64,000 nucleotides of DNA from assembly GCA_963703805.1 (NCBI GenBank), contig CAVPFO010000002.1:54694-118693 (forward strand), given 5' to 3'. The position numbers were made by a program, and so were the translations under genes. Position 1 is the first letter of the stretch, and each line of letters opens with the position of its first letter. This DNA comes from an uncultured Acidobacteriota bacterium. Lineage in GTDB: Bacteria; Acidobacteriota; Terriglobia; Acidiferrales; UBA7541. The notes beneath the pieces are model-generated. The model was not told where the DNA came from, searched no databases, and worked only from the letters and a program-made list of their open reading frames with translations. Shown piece after piece: positions 45,748 to 57,437 of this stretch.

Positions 45748-46488
45748 TCAGGCTTTGGCTTTTACGTGAACGGTTCCGGGAGTCCAGTCCACGGGCGGAA
45801 AGGAAATCTGCCAGAAGGAAGGGTTGGGCACGAGAAATTCGACGGCCAGTTCGACGCGATTTTGTTGCGCCTCGCCGACGTGTACGACCGTACATTCCTG
45901 CATCGCGGAAGTTTGCAGATTGCGCATCAGGAACTGTTCGCCTTTGCGCATCGGCTTTGAAACGAGCATGGAAGCGCCGTGTGCGTTAATCACAAGCGTG
46001 TGCGTATCCTCTTCGAAAGCGGCGGCCGAATCCCTGGAGCTGAAGACTTTTACGGGAATCTTCATGACGACGCGCTGGCTTCGGCGGCGTGTGGAGGCAA
46101 ACCAGGATGCTTCGCGCGACGCTAAGAGCCAACCGTCAAGGATCCGAAGTTGCTCGGGGTCCGCATCGGTGAACATCAGGCCCATGCCGTGGCCTTGCAG
46201 CGAAAAGATCACGCGGGCGTGAACGGTGCAGGAATCTTTTGCATGTGTGATTCTTGCGGTGACGGTTGCACCCACAGGGTAGGGCTGCGGCGTGTTCACA
46301 AAACAACCGCGCTTGCCCAGATCGCTGACGCGGGCTTCGATCCGCTGCGCCTTTCGGGTCTCGCCGTCTTCCCCCGTGGATTCGGCAATCTCGATCGCAG
46401 CCGTAAACTCGTAACGGCGATGCTGGCGACGATCCGTAAAGGTAGGCCGCGGAGGCTTAGGGGAAGCGTCCTTTGGCAATTCAGCCAT
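45748..46488 (-). CDS. tandem PilZ-like domain protein
   Basis: RRQHRR...VSDLGKRGCFV in the first half and RRRSQR in the second half. ATG 46488 chosen. Confidence 0.65.
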   Translation of the reverse strand: MAELPKDASPKPPRPTFTDRRQHRRYEFTAAIEIAESTGEDGETRKAQRIEARVSDLGKRGCFVNTPQPYPVGATVTARITHAKDSCTVHARVIFSLQGHGMGLMFTDADPEQLRILDGWLLASREASWFASTRRRSQRVVMKIPVKVFSSRDSAAAFEEDTHTLVINAHGASMLVSKPMRKGEQFLMRNLQTSAMQECTVVHVGEAQQNRVELAVEFLVPNPSFWQISFPPVDWTPGTVHVKAKA

Positions 46489-46626
46489 GGCTGAGTATAG
46501 CTTTGCGGTTCCACAATGGCGCACCAAAGAGTCGGTACAGACGGGTCGGAATGTGCTCAATGGTTAACGTGTGACGTTGTTCTAAAACACTAAAACTAGA
46601 GACTCTGCGAGGGTTATTAGAAATTA

Positions 46627-46648
46627 GGGGCGTTCGGGGAAACGCCCC
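46627..46648 (-). terminator. rho-independent terminator-like hairpin after the DPP-IV gene
   Basis: 8-bp GC-rich stem GGGGCGTT/AACGCCCC with a 6-nt loop. Followed on the minus strand by AATTTCT. Confidence 0.5.
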
Positions 46649-46664
46649 CTTCGAACCAGGCCAT

Positions 46665-48998
46665 TTATTGGCTCGCGGTTGAGCTTTGTGTCGTCACACC
46701 CTGCTGGTTCCATTCGGGCGGCGTCATTCCCCAGAGATGTTGCACAAAGAAATCTTCGCGCTTGCGGTCTCCGTAGGCAGTGTACTTATCGCCGCGCGCC
46801 GCAGGATGATCGGCGCCGGGAACAACGAGCATGTCAAACACCTTGTTGTGCTTCATGAGCTGGTTGACCACCTGCATGGTGGACGACGGATCGACGTTGG
46901 TATCGAGTTCTCCGAAGATCAGCAAGAGATCACCCTGCAGGCGATAGGCGTTGTCCACGTTTGAAGATGCCGAGTATTGCGGGCCGATCGGCCACCCCAT
47001 CCACTGTTCGTTCCACCAGATTTTGTCCATGCGGTTGTCGTGACAGCCCGCGAAGGCGACGCCGACTTTGTAGAACTCAGGGTGAAAGAGCAAGCCACCG
47101 AGAGAATTTTGTCCGCCGGCCGAACCTCCGTAAATACCTACGCGCGTGATGTCGTACCACGGATATTTCGCCGCGACGGCTTTGTGCCACAGAATGCGAT
47201 CTGGGAAGCCGGCGTCGCCGAGATCTTTCCACGCCGTGTCTTGAAACGCCTTTGAACGGTTCGAGGTGCCCATGCCGTCCATCTGCGAGAGGATGAAGCC
47301 GACTTCGGCCTGCGCCATCATCGGCGAATAGACCGTAAACGTCTTCGGCACAAAGGACCCCTGCGGACCCGCGTAGATGTATTCGATCACTGGATACTTC
47401 TTCGAAGGATTGAAATTCGTGGGGCGCATGATGACGCCCCAAATGTCCGTCTTGCCGTCGCGGCCCTTCGAAACAAATACCTCCGGCGGTTTCCAGCCGG
47501 CGGCGAGGAGCCCACTCATGTCTCCCTTTTCAAGTGTGGCGAGCACGCTGTTGTCGGAAACGCGGCGCACCTCAACCACCGGTGGCAGATCGATGCGCGA
47601 ATAGGTGTCCACGAAGAATTGGCCGTCGTGTGAGTACGAGCCGGTGTAATCGGCGTCTTCGGGTGTGAGGCGCGTCAAACCGGTACCGTCAAAATTGATG
47701 CGGTAATAGTTGGCGAAATAGGGGTCTTTCCCGGGATACATTCCGCCGGCGCTGAACCAGATCTGCCGCTTGGCTTCATCCACATTCTGGACGGCGCGGA
47801 CCACCCAGTCACCCTTGGTGATCTGGTTTTTCAGGGCGCCGGTGACGCCATCGAACAAATAAAGATGGTTCCAGCCGTCGCGCTCGGACATCCAGATGAC
47901 TTCCTTGCCGTCGTTAACGTCGTAACGGTATTCCTTGCCGGAGTCGGCCAAGCCGCCGGTGGCGCGGCGATAGTTGAAGAATGTCTTGGGTTCTTCGGAG
48001 ATAACGGAGCGCGCCCGGCCGGTCGCCGCGTCCACTTCGATGATGCGGTAGACCTGGTGGCCGCGCTGGTTGTATTCGAAGGTGACGGCGTGGCTATCTT
48101 TTCGCCAGACCAACTCCGAAAGCGAGAAGGGATTCGTGAAGAGCGAATTATCGATGTTGATCTGTTTCTTCGCGTTCAAATCAAAAAGGACCGGCTGATC
48201 GAGATCGAGGACGTCTCCGGGCTTTGCGTAAGCGAGAGAAAGCAATTCGGGCTGGAGCTGGTCCTCGGGCGAGGATTCGATGTAGTGAATCTCACGGTGA
48301 TAGCCGGGCTTTACGCGATACGCCGCGAGCTTGGTGGAATCCGGCGACCAGACGATGGAAGAAAGCTCGTAGTAATTCCCTTCCGATCCATCCAGGCTCA
48401 AGCGCTGCAGTTCGTGTGAGCCCGGAGCGCGAATCACAACGTTGAAATTGTTAATCAGCGCTTCCCATTTGCCGTCCGGAGAGACGCGCGGTCCATCCTG
48501 CTGCGGCCGCCGGCCGACAGTCATCCCTACCCCTAAACGCGGAGGGCCTCCCTCCACCTTCCGGCACGCGGAGTCCGAAACGGTGCAGCGGTAGCGCGCG
48601 CCATCCACCATGGTGCTGAACGCGGAGCCATTTTCTTCAAATACGATAGTGGTGAAAGGGAGCTTATTCGCGGCGTAGCTGTTCCCGGCCGCTTTCGAAA
48701 GCGTTTGTGCGACCTTCTCATGATCGAAGGCGGGCTGTTTTTGCAACGTGTCCGCATCGGCCACCATGAATTCGTACGAGCCGTGAGAAAGTTTCCTGTA
48801 CCAAAATCGGTGCGTGTTGCCGATCCAAGTCGCCGGGCCCGCGATATCAATCGCGGCAGCTTCGTACTTGGCTTGCAGTCCAGCGGCGCGCTGATAATCG
48901 GCCGGAGTGCCTTGCGCGGCGGCGCTCGAAGGAAAGCAAAAGGCCAATGCGGAGCCGGAGAGCGCCCAGGCAATGACTCGGTAACGGAATGATTTCAT
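46665..48998 (-). CDS. S9B-family dipeptidyl peptidase IV-like serine peptidase
   Basis: Signal peptide [29 protein letters not shown] after a GGGAGA RBS. DPP-IV-type N-terminal propeller region. Catalytic GGSAGG and C-terminal Asp/His region. Confidence 0.85.
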   Translation of the reverse strand: MKSFRYRVIAWALSGSALAFCFPSSAAAQGTPADYQRAAGLQAKYEAAAIDIAGPATWIGNTHRFWYRKLSHGSYEFMVADADTLQKQPAFDHEKVAQTLSKAAGNSYAANKLPFTTIVFEENGSAFSTMVDGARYRCTVSDSACRKVEGGPPRLGVGMTVGRRPQQDGPRVSPDGKWEALINNFNVVIRAPGSHELQRLSLDGSEGNYYELSSIVWSPDSTKLAAYRVKPGYHREIHYIESSPEDQLQPELLSLAYAKPGDVLDLDQPVLFDLNAKKQINIDNSLFTNPFSLSELVWRKDSHAVTFEYNQRGHQVYRIIEVDAATGRARSVISEEPKTFFNYRRATGGLADSGKEYRYDVNDGKEVIWMSERDGWNHLYLFDGVTGALKNQITKGDWVVRAVQNVDEAKRQIWFSAGGMYPGKDPYFANYYRINFDGTGLTRLTPEDADYTGSYSHDGQFFVDTYSRIDLPPVVEVRRVSDNSVLATLEKGDMSGLLAAGWKPPEVFVSKGRDGKTDIWGVIMRPTNFNPSKKYPVIEYIYAGPQGSFVPKTFTVYSPMMAQAEVGFILSQMDGMGTSNRSKAFQDTAWKDLGDAGFPDRILWHKAVAAKYPWYDITRVGIYGGSAGGQNSLGGLLFHPEFYKVGVAFAGCHDNRMDKIWWNEQWMGWPIGPQYSASSNVDNAYRLQGDLLLIFGELDTNVDPSSTMQVVNQLMKHNKVFDMLVVPGADHPAARGDKYTAYGDRKREDFFVQHLWGMTPPEWNQQGVTTQSSTASQ

Positions 48999-49195
48999 TT
49001 TGTGTCTCCCTAGAACAGAAGCGTACCGCGAGCGTTCAAACGTAATCGGCCTGTCAACACAGGCTTTACTGCGTGCGCGAAGGATGACTGCGTTTGGAAC
49101 TGACACGGCACAGCCAGGAGCGGCTGTGCTACGGAAAAGAATTTCGACGGACGACGTGCCGTGAATGGGGGGAGTCAAGAAAATCCAAACTTCGA

Positions 49196-49224
49196 CAGGG
49201 AAGCCGCGCAATGCGGCTTCCCTG
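49196..49224 (-). terminator. rho-independent terminator after the TonB-dependent receptor gene
   Basis: Perfect 12-bp stem CAGGGAAGCCGC/GCGGCTTCCCTG with a 5-nt loop, 14 nt past the stop. A T-rich tract follows on the minus strand. Confidence 0.65.
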
Positions 49225-49237
49225 CCCGAAAGGAACG

Positions 49238-52200
49238 TTAGAAGTTGAGCTTCAACCCGAGCTGCAAAATGCGGCCCGTGCTGTCCAGAGTCGACGAGAT
49301 TACCCCGAAGGCGTTCAGCGCGGGGTTGGCGTTGTAGTTGCTGATATTTGCCGCGGGATTGGCAAAAATCACGTTATTGAACAGCTTGAACGCTTCTGCC
49401 CGGAACTGCAGATCGAAACGTTCGCGGAAGTGAAAATCCTTGATCAGCGCCAAGTCAAAGCGCTGCTCAAAGGGTCCGCGCGCGATGTTGCGGGCACCGT
49501 ATCCGAACAAAGTGCCACCCGAAGTATCACCGGCGGCACCGCCAATCGTGTAGCTCTGATTGCCGGGGCCCTCAGACGGAGTCAGGTTCGATAGAACCGT
49601 GCCATTCGTCAGCGTCGGGATCGGAGAGAAGCACGATGGATTTACGTAATTGTTCAGTTTGCTGCCCGCTGAGCCACTGGGGCTGTAGCCACCGCTGCAA
49701 CTATTGACGATGGCCGGAATCGTGACCGAACCGGTCAGACCCGCCAAGCCGAGACCGCTCGTGCTGGATACGGTGTACGGCAGCCCAGACTGGAGCGTGT
49801 ACACACCCGACAGACTCCAGCCGCCTATGGTATTGCCAAGGAAACCGGTCTTCGGGCCCGGCAGATCCCACACGTAAGTGAAGACGACCCGGTGTGGCTG
49901 GTTAAAGTCGGAGTTGGCTCGAGAGAGGTACGGGTTTTCCTGGTTGCCGACAAAGCTATCAAGATCCGAACCCGTTGGGCCCGAGTCGTTGTCAATCGAG
50001 TGGGAATAGGTGTAATCCACCCGGAACTGGAAGCTGTTGGAGAAATCATGCTTCACTTCCAGAATCGCGGCGTTGTAGCTCGAGAAGCCCTGATTGGTTA
50101 CCAAGTTGAGTCCAGCCGGAGCGAAACCCAAGACCGGCACACGGATCGTGGCATTCGTATTGGAATTGACGGTGAGACCGTCAACGCCGGGATTTGCCGG
50201 ATTGACCAATTGCGCCATGTTGAGGCTTGGCTCGACCAATAAGGCAACGCCGTGCGATCCGATGTAACCGATTTCCGCGACCCATCCTTTCAGAAACTCA
50301 TACTGGGTGCTGAGGTTCCATTGTTCGACATAGGGAATTCTCAGGTTGCGGGTGAAGCCGTAGAGTGATTGTGAAACCGCAGGTTTCCCGGCCGCAGTAA
50401 CGAAAAGCGGAGCGCCGGAGGCACTGTAATTGCCTTGGAATTGTCCAATCTGCGGCAGAACTGGGAACGCAGCGGGCAGAGGCAGCCCGGCAGGCCATGG
50501 GTTCGCGAGGACATCGCTACCCACAATTCCTGTCCCGGAGGCCAAATACTGCTGCACCCATGGTGGCGAGGAGATCGGCTGCAGAACGGTCTGCCCCGAC
50601 GTTTCGATGTAGAAGATCCCGTACCCACCGCGGATCGACATTTTGCCGTTCCCGATCGGATCATAGGCAAACCCGAGACGAGGAGAGAAATTGTGATATC
50701 GCGTGGTCTCCTGCGTAGACGGGCTTACACCGGGTGTGCCGAAGCTTGTCCCAGCCGGCGAGACGAAGCCCGCATCCACGCAATTCCCGCCGCCATTCGC
50801 GATGCAGGACGCGGTCACCTGGCTTGGGTCGAATGCGCTAACCTTGCCGTTCGTGTCATATGGCCAGCCAATAAAGTCCCAGCGAACGCCCAAATTCAAC
50901 ATCAGCTTCTTCGTGATGCGGTAATCATCTTGGATAAAGGTGGCGCCGTCGTTCGCGCGGAAATTGCGAGAGAAAATTCCGACGTCGACTTGCAGGCGAT
51001 TCGGCGTACCGGTCAGAAAAGAGTTGAAGTTGGGGAAGGAAAGCGAACCGCGCGTTCCGTAATCGTTCTCATAGTTCCACCCGGCCCGGCGGTATTCACC
51101 ACCGAACCGAATCGTGTGCTTACCATGCACCCAAGAAAGCGTATCGCCAATCGTGGTGGTATTGGTGCCGCCGTGCACGAAGCTATTCACTCCGAGCCCG
51201 CCGAAACTCAATACGCCGCTGGGTGAAAACGCCGGAATTCCGGGGTACGTACTGGCATCCCACTTCGCCATACCAATATCGCTGGTGGTGATGTTCTCGG
51301 TGCCTTCGCTGATGGACTTAATGTCTGTGAAGCCCGCCCGGAACTCATTGACGAGGTCTTGGCTGAAAGTGTGTGTGTCGGTGATCGCTCCATGGTAATT
51401 CTTGGCCGGAGCGTTGATTCCCTGTCCGAGGCTGACACCGCCCCCCGTCGGGGAGTATTGGGTAATATTCGCGTAGAAAAACTGTACCGCGACATGGTTG
51501 TTGTGAAAAAGATCGTGATCAATTGCGGCCGAATATTGATTCTCATTGTAGATGGTGGGAAGCGACACAGCGTAATTCGCGAGAGTTCCGACTGTACCGG
51601 TCCCTGAACCTACCAAGTAGCCGCCATATTGACCTGGCTGAAGCAAAACGTTTACAGCCACAGGATCAATCGAGGCCAAGGGTACACCGAACGCTGTCGA
51701 TAACGCCGTAGCGTAAGTGGATTCGGATTCGCCGCTACTGCGTGCTGGCAGCACCGGCAGTTTGCCGGTCACTGCGCTCGATACGCCATTCTTTTGCCCC
51801 ATTCCCTGATAGGAGAAGAACCAGAACGTGTGCTTGAGTTTGGGAACTGGACCCCCCGCGGTGCCGCCGTATTGGTTCTGCAAGAGCACGGGGCGAGGCT
51901 TGCCGACCGCGTTGAAGAAGAAGTCGTTGGCGTTAAAATCGTTGCTGCGATAGAACTCAAAAAGCCCGCCGTGATACTGATCGGTGCCGGAGCGCATGAC
52001 GACGTTGATGTTTCCGCCGGAGCCGCGGCCCTGGCTCGCGTCATACATGCTGGTGCTGACGCGGAATTCCTGAATGGCGTCCGGATTGGGCACCGGGACG
52101 CTGGCCAGGCTGCCGCTTCCGAAATTGTTGGCATCCACGCCATCCAAGACGAAGTTGTTTGTGGTGGCGCGCGATCCGGCCACGTCAAGTATAGGCACGC

Positions 52201-52741
52201 CGCGACCGACCGTCGCCGCGCTTTGGATTCTGGCGCTGACGCCGGCCTGGAACGTGGTCAGGTCAAGGAAATTTCGTGTGGGCAAAGGTATGTTTCGAAT
52301 TTGGGTACCGGTCATGACGTCACCGGTGGTCGCCGTGCTGGTATCCACCTGCAAAGCGGCTTCGCTCACCGTCACCTGTGTGGACACCTGGCCGATCTGC
52401 ATTTTCGCGTTAGCGACCGTGACCTTCGTGACTTCGACCTTAATGTCATTCAATAGGGCAGCCTCGAAACCCTGGGCCTGCACCTGAATCTTGTAGTTCC
52501 CCGGCGGGATCAATGCGAACACGAAGCTACCGTCAGGCTCGCTGGTTACCTGCTTGGTGGTGCCCGTATCTGTGTCTGTCAGAATTACCGTGGCACCGCC
52601 GACCGTTGCGTTTTGCGGATCGGTTACCCTGCCCTGAACCGCGCCGGTCGATGCGCTAATTTGCGCGCGCACAGGCGCGGTACACAACAACAGAAAAGCG
52701 GCGCTCAAAAACACCAACCCCCATCGCTTACACTGATTCAT
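49238..52741 (-). CDS. TonB-dependent outer-membrane receptor with N-terminal carboxypeptidase-regulatory-like domain
   Basis: Signal peptide. [49 protein letters not shown] CarboxypepD_reg-type domain. Very long beta-barrel ending LGLKLNF. GGAGGA RBS before ATG 52741. Confidence 0.8.
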   Translation of the reverse strand: MNQCKRWGLVFLSAAFLLLCTAPVRAQISASTGAVQGRVTDPQNATVGGATVILTDTDTGTTKQVTSEPDGSFVFALIPPGNYKIQVQAQGFEAALLNDIKVEVTKVTVANAKMQIGQVSTQVTVSEAALQVDTSTATTGDVMTGTQIRNIPLPTRNFLDLTTFQAGVSARIQSAATVGRGVPILDVAGSRATTNNFVLDGVDANNFGSGSLASVPVPNPDAIQEFRVSTSMYDASQGRGSGGNINVVMRSGTDQYHGGLFEFYRSNDFNANDFFFNAVGKPRPVLLQNQYGGTAGGPVPKLKHTFWFFSYQGMGQKNGVSSAVTGKLPVLPARSSGESESTYATALSTAFGVPLASIDPVAVNVLLQPGQYGGYLVGSGTGTVGTLANYAVSLPTIYNENQYSAAIDHDLFHNNHVAVQFFYANITQYSPTGGGVSLGQGINAPAKNYHGAITDTHTFSQDLVNEFRAGFTDIKSISEGTENITTSDIGMAKWDASTYPGIPAFSPSGVLSFGGLGVNSFVHGGTNTTTIGDTLSWVHGKHTIRFGGEYRRAGWNYENDYGTRGSLSFPNFNSFLTGTPNRLQVDVGIFSRNFRANDGATFIQDDYRITKKLMLNLGVRWDFIGWPYDTNGKVSAFDPSQVTASCIANGGGNCVDAGFVSPAGTSFGTPGVSPSTQETTRYHNFSPRLGFAYDPIGNGKMSIRGGYGIFYIETSGQTVLQPISSPPWVQQYLASGTGIVGSDVLANPWPAGLPLPAAFPVLPQIGQFQGNYSASGAPLFVTAAGKPAVSQSLYGFTRNLRIPYVEQWNLSTQYEFLKGWVAEIGYIGSHGVALLVEPSLNMAQLVNPANPGVDGLTVNSNTNATIRVPVLGFAPAGLNLVTNQGFSSYNAAILEVKHDFSNSFQFRVDYTYSHSIDNDSGPTGSDLDSFVGNQENPYLSRANSDFNQPHRVVFTYVWDLPGPKTGFLGNTIGGWSLSGVYTLQSGLPYTVSSTSGLGLAGLTGSVTIPAIVNSCSGGYSPSGSAGSKLNNYVNPSCFSPIPTLTNGTVLSNLTPSEGPGNQSYTIGGAAGDTSGGTLFGYGARNIARGPFEQRFDLALIKDFHFRERFDLQFRAEAFKLFNNVIFANPAANISNYNANPALNAFGVISSTLDSTGRILQLGLKLNF

Positions 52742-53214
52742 GCTTTCCTCCGCAGGACGTAAATGCATTCACCCCAAAAACCGCAGCCTGCATGGAGCAG
52801 GCCGTAGAGCTAAAACCAAAGAACGAACCCACCGATGGGCGAGATTGAACACCTTTGGGGAGCGGAAGTCAACAGTATGTATACATTATCCGGGAGGCGT
52901 CAACGGCAAATCGCCGCATGATTCATTTTCGTCAATAGCCTGATAAAGTACTCTATAGTGAACAACATGAGGCTGAAATCACAGCGGCCCACCATTTGTC
53001 TCATTGCGAGCGTGCGATGGACGGAGGCTGTTGAACGTACCGTGGAAAACGACCTGGTCTCCGCCTAACCCACAGCACTACCACGCGGCTCTAGTACTAA
53101 AATCCCTTTGCCGGAAGGCCCTTTGTGCCGATAAATTGTGAAAGGGAGAGTTCGCGCCGAGGTTTTGGCTCGGTGACGAATGGCTCACCCGGTGCCTGCC
53201 GGAAACCTTTTCCG

Positions 53215-54108
53215 ATGCAACAGAAATTCACACGAAATGAAGTTGTGCGCATGCTCGGAATTCGCACGCGCGAACTCGATCGCTGGTCGAAACTCGGCTT
53301 GATTGCTCCGGCCCGGGCATCGGGGGTGGAAACCTACGGGTTCGCCGACCTCGTGGCGCTGAAGACGCTGAAGCAGCTCACCGAACAGGGAGTGCCCTCG
53401 CGCAGGTTGCGTCAAGCGCTGGCGGCTTTGCCCCAAAAAATAGGCGAGAGTGCAGCGCCCCTTTCTCGCCTGCAAATTTCCACGCACCGGCGAAAAGTCG
53501 TGGTCGGAGAAGCGGGGCGGGCTCCGATCGAGCCGATCTCAGGTCAGATGCTTTTCGCGTTTGAGAACGGGAAAACCGGACAGAAGGTTCGTTCCTTGCC
53601 GTCGCGCACGGCGGAGGAATGGTTTGATATCGGGCTCGCTTACGACACGGATCGAAGCACCATGCGCGAGGCCGCGGACGCCTACCGCCGCGCGGTCTCT
53701 GCATCGCCAAACTGGGTGGAAGCGCACTTAAACTTGGGCACAGCGCTTTTCCATCTCGGGCATATCAAGGAAGCGTACGCCTGTTTCAAGAAGGGTTGCG
53801 AGTTAGGGCCGGAAAACGTGCTGGCGCATTTCAACATGGGTTGCGTGCTCGAGCGTATGGGCAAGCGCCGCGCGGCGATCAAGGAGCTAAGGCAGGCGGT
53901 GGGATTGGAACCGGATTCGGCCGATGCGCACCTGAACCTGGCATTGCTCTATGAGGCCGATGGCCAAGCACAGAAAACCCGCGAACATCTTACGCAATAT
54001 TTGCGTTTGCAGCCGCAAGGGCAGTGGGCCAAATTTGCGCGTTCCAAATTGCCCGCCGAGAGGGGGACGAGCCGCGGCAAGATTACGCCCTTCAGGAAGC
54101 GCGGCTAA
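53215..54108 (+). CDS. MerR-type HTH protein fused to TPR repeats
   Basis: FTRNEVVRMLGIRTRELDRWSKLGLI...YGFADLVALKTLKQL MerR-like HTH. The C-terminal half has TPR repeats (AYRRAV..SPNWVEAHLNLG, AHFNMG, AHLNLALLY). Confidence 0.7.
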   Translation: MQQKFTRNEVVRMLGIRTRELDRWSKLGLIAPARASGVETYGFADLVALKTLKQLTEQGVPSRRLRQALAALPQKIGESAAPLSRLQISTHRRKVVVGEAGRAPIEPISGQMLFAFENGKTGQKVRSLPSRTAEEWFDIGLAYDTDRSTMREAADAYRRAVSASPNWVEAHLNLGTALFHLGHIKEAYACFKKGCELGPENVLAHFNMGCVLERMGKRRAAIKELRQAVGLEPDSADAHLNLALLYEADGQAQKTREHLTQYLRLQPQGQWAKFARSKLPAERGTSRGKITPFRKRG

Positions 54109-54139
54109 GAGAGAGCGCGCGGCTATCAGAAAGTTTGCG

Positions 54140-54169
54140 GAGCCCAATTTCCTGAATTCCATTGGGCTC
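54140..54169. terminator. 9-bp hairpin GAGCCCAAT/ATTGGGCTC between convergent genes
   Basis: Perfect stem with a 12-nt loop. No strong U-tract. Confidence 0.3.
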
Positions 54170-54234
54170 GTGCTCACGTTCAAATTTCCTACTCCGCAGA
54201 AACGGCCTTATACGGATTTGCCGGAGCTCCCACT

Positions 54235-54633
54235 TCAATTCGCCGGCTTCGGGTCGGACGGAAAGAAGCGCTGGTGCCTTATGATGGCGTCGATCGCTTC
54301 CACTAATATCTCGCCGACTTCGGCTTTGGCCACGTATCCCTGCACTCCGATTTTTTGCGCCTCTTCGATCAGCTCTCGAATGCTGTGAACAGAAACCATT
54401 AGGATCGGGGTATCCGGCGAGACTTGCCGAATCATTTTAGCGGCATCCATTCCGTTCATCACCGGCATGCTAACGTCCAAAATCACCAGGTCCGGGGCGA
54501 ACTCGAGCGTCCTCTCGACCGCTTGCTCACCATCAGCCGCTTCAGCGCACACTTCGAACTGTGGGTGGGCCTCAAGTAAGGAACGTATGCCTTCGCGCAC
54601 GTCCTGCTGATCATCCGCAATCAATATGCGCAC
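54235..54633 (-). CDS. stand-alone response-regulator receiver protein
   Basis: MRILIADDQ...DLVILDVSMPVMNG...GYVAK receiver motifs. No output domain. Confidence 0.85.
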   Translation of the reverse strand: MRILIADDQQDVREGIRSLLEAHPQFEVCAEAADGEQAVERTLEFAPDLVILDVSMPVMNGMDAAKMIRQVSPDTPILMVSVHSIRELIEEAQKIGVQGYVAKAEVGEILVEAIDAIIRHQRFFPSDPKPAN

Positions 54634-54706
54634 GCCGACCCCTTGAAGCAGACGCGGCGAACCCGAACAGAGGGCCCCTATAGCAGAACAAACTTGCGTC
54701 CCCTAT

Positions 54707-56464
54707 ATGATGAGCGAGCGAGGAAATCGGGCCTACGTACTTCGCCCAACGGCTGGCAGGCAGATTCAAGGATACGGCGCGTCTGCCAATGCTACACTCC
54801 CAGCCGTGAGCGAACCCGAGCACGCTTCACGACCCACGTCGGGAACACACGAACACCTGCATAAAGCGCCGCTGTCGTTGTGGCTGATGGCGGTGATCCT
54901 CCTTACGAGTTGTGTGGGCTACTTCAGCCATTTGGGAACCCTTGGGCTTACGGGACCGGACGAACCGCGTTACGCTTCGATTGCGCGCAATATGGCGGAA
55001 ACGGGCGACTGGGTGACTCCGCGCCTGAATGGGCAACCATGGTTTGAAAAACCTGCGCTCTACTATTGGGCTGCTGCAGCGTCTTTCCGGATCTTTGGCG
55101 AAAATGACTACGCGGCCCGCTTACCGAGCGGGCTTGCGGGCCTGCTGGCAAGTCTGGCGATGGCTTGGGCCGCGTGGCGGTTCTTTAGCGCAGCGACGAC
55201 CGTACTCGTCCTGCTGATCATGCCAACGACGTTAGGCATCGTGGTGTTTTCCCGCGCGGCAACACCCGACATGCTTTTCGCAGGAACGCTCGCGGCGGCC
55301 ATGGCGCTAGGAGCGGAGCTGATCGTCGCGGAAAAGCCGCGCGAATTGCACCGCTTGGGCTTCGGCATTTTTCTGGGGCTGGCGGCTCTTGCGAAGGGGC
55401 CGGCAGCGGTTGTGCTCGCTGGGGGCTCGATCGCTTTGTGGATGCTCCTCACGCGAGAATGGAAACGCGCGCTGCGAGTTGTACATCCGGTGAGCGTAGC
55501 GGCGTTTCTCGTGACGGCTGTACCGTGGTACGCAGCTTGCGCGGCGCGTAATCCCGATTTCCTACGCACATTTTTCTGGCTCCACAATTTTGAACGGTAT
55601 TTGACCCCGCTGTTCCGGCACATGGAGCCGTGGTGGTTTTTTGTAGCGATCGTGCTGCTAGCGCTGCTGCCGTGGACGGCTTTACTCGGATCCGCGGGAA
55701 AAGACGCGGGCGAGGCGATACAGCGAGGAGATTGGGCCGACCGGCCAGGACTTTACTTCGGATGTTGGGCCCTCTTCACGCTGCTGTTTTTCAGCGCTTC
55801 AAAGTCCAAGCTGCCTAGCTACATCTTGCCGGCGGTGCCGCCCCTGGTTCTGATTCTAGCGAATACGGCAGCCCGGATGATTCGCCGGCGGGACGGCGTG
55901 GCGCGCGTGGTTTGCGTGGGGCTCGGGGCCACGTGGCTTGCTCTGGTCGCCAGTGTAGGAATTTGGGCAGGACGCTTACCTGCGGGCACCTTCCTAAACA
56001 ACCCTGCGTGGTGGCGGCCTTGGCTGCTGGTGGCAGGGGCTGGAAGCGTGGCGATCATCGCGCTGGGGAGCAGCCGCCGCGTCGCCGGAGCGTTGTTGCT
56101 TCAGGCGCTACTGCTGGCAGGCATGCTCGAAGCGGCAAATTGGGAAATCCTGCCGGGTCTTTCCGTTTTGTTGTCATCCCGAGCGGCAGCACACGTGGCA
56201 ATCGCGAGCGGCCTTCCGCTTGGGCCAATCGAAGCCTATCGTTTGCAAAGAGGTTGGCAGTATGGGCTGGAATATTATTTGCGCCAGACCCTGCCCGAAT
56301 GGCGTGCGGACGAAGCCCCTGGGAACTTGAGCATCGCAAAGCCGGCGTACCTATTCACAACCTCGCGAGGGTGCGACGAAATCACAACTGGAGGCAGCGT
56401 TTGCGAAGTGATTCAGAAAACAAGTCCGCAGGCTTGGCTCGTGCGCGTTAGGAAATCGCCCTAG
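54707..56464 (+). CDS. glycosyltransferase family 39 (ArnT/PMT-like) membrane protein
   Basis: GPDEPRYASIARNMAETGDWVTPRLNGQPWFEKPALYYW is the characteristic first-loop motif. Polytopic. Start uncertain. Confidence 0.8.
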   Translation: MMSERGNRAYVLRPTAGRQIQGYGASANATLPAVSEPEHASRPTSGTHEHLHKAPLSLWLMAVILLTSCVGYFSHLGTLGLTGPDEPRYASIARNMAETGDWVTPRLNGQPWFEKPALYYWAAAASFRIFGENDYAARLPSGLAGLLASLAMAWAAWRFFSAATTVLVLLIMPTTLGIVVFSRAATPDMLFAGTLAAAMALGAELIVAEKPRELHRLGFGIFLGLAALAKGPAAVVLAGGSIALWMLLTREWKRALRVVHPVSVAAFLVTAVPWYAACAARNPDFLRTFFWLHNFERYLTPLFRHMEPWWFFVAIVLLALLPWTALLGSAGKDAGEAIQRGDWADRPGLYFGCWALFTLLFFSASKSKLPSYILPAVPPLVLILANTAARMIRRRDGVARVVCVGLGATWLALVASVGIWAGRLPAGTFLNNPAWWRPWLLVAGAGSVAIIALGSSRRVAGALLLQALLLAGMLEAANWEILPGLSVLLSSRAAAHVAIASGLPLGPIEAYRLQRGWQYGLEYYLRQTLPEWRADEAPGNLSIAKPAYLFTTSRGCDEITTGGSVCEVIQKTSPQAWLVRVRKSP

Positions 56465-56498
56465 ATTTGCGACGATCGAGGCGCACGATAATACGAGA

Positions 56499-57437
56499 TC
56501 AGTTTCTCGGATGGCTAGCCGGAGGAAGGTTCGTAAGGAAGAAGCTGAGGATACGATTCTCGTAGACGCGCTTGGCGTCATCAAGCATCCCAGCGTAGTT
56601 CCCCACGGGAATTTCCGCGCGCTGCTTCGGTTCGGGTACCCTGAAGTAAAGACTCTGCGTATCTCTCGCCAGGAGTGGCTCGTCCTGGGCTTGCAGAAAG
56701 AGCTTGGAATCGCCTCCGAGCGGCCCCATATCGGCCGAGATCGGTGGGGACCGCCGCAGCGCGCCTTCTTTCCAGTCAAATTCCGCAACCGTAAGCCGTT
56801 CGACCAACGGCAGCCGCGCCAGGCCGGATCGCTCGATCTGTACTCGCAGAAAATCCTCCGGCCGATCATAGACCGATTCGATCACCATAGAGCGCACCCG
56901 AGGATCATGCTCGGCGGTGAAGAGCGAGGCGTAGGCACCCAGGTTCGTGCCCCACAATCCAAAACGCATGGGGTCCACGTCATCCCGTTTGGAAATCGCA
57001 TTCAGCGCCGCCTCCAGTTCCCCGGCTTCTTCGAAGCCAAGAGTAGTCTGGCCCTTGCTATCACCATGCCCGGCGAAATCGAACAAGAACACGTTGTACT
57101 GCCGGTCCTGCAAAGACGTTGCCAGCGTCAGCAATTCACCGCGATTGGATCCGTAGCCGTGGCACAGAACGATCGTGGGAGCGCCGCGGATGCCGGGGAA
57201 AAACCACCCCGAGCGTTCCTCGCCTTTGGGCAAGGAAAAGAGAAAATCTTCAGGGTGTCCGGGAAAGTCCGTGCTGCCCAGCTCCTCGTGCGTCACCGGG
57301 GGGGTAAGAATCCGATACAGCAGATACACCGACAGCGTGGCGGTGAAAAGGCAGACAAAAAAGCCCACAGCGACAATAACCACGAACAACTTCGAGTACC
57401 AACGGGTTGGACGCCGCAGCTCTGAGAAAATGGGCAT
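56499..57437 (-). CDS. membrane-anchored alpha/beta-hydrolase-fold protein lacking the nucleophile serine
   Basis: N-terminal TM helix. APTIVLCHGYGSNRGE...FLFDFAGHGDS. The nucleophile elbow reads GTNLG (Asn codon AAC at 56943-56945, minus strand). Confidence 0.7.
   Translation of the reverse strand: MPIFSELRRPTRWYSKLFVVIVAVGFFVCLFTATLSVYLLYRILTPPVTHEELGSTDFPGHPEDFLFSLPKGEERSGWFFPGIRGAPTIVLCHGYGSNRGELLTLATSLQDRQYNVFLFDFAGHGDSKGQTTLGFEEAGELEAALNAISKRDDVDPMRFGLWGTNLGAYASLFTAEHDPRVRSMVIESVYDRPEDFLRVQIERSGLARLPLVERLTVAEFDWKEGALRRSPPISADMGPLGGDSKLFLQAQDEPLLARDTQSLYFRVPEPKQRAEIPVGNYAGMLDDAKRVYENRILSFFLTNLPPASHPRN

Noticed and set aside
52877-52886. Palindrome ATGTATACAT upstream of the TonB-dependent receptor, considered as a Fur box
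   Set aside because: The minus strand GATAATGTATACATACTGT matches the 19-nt Fur consensus GATAATGATAATCATTATC at only about 8 positions by hand (the first seven plus one). That is too weak to call. The palindrome itself is real and could bind another regulator.
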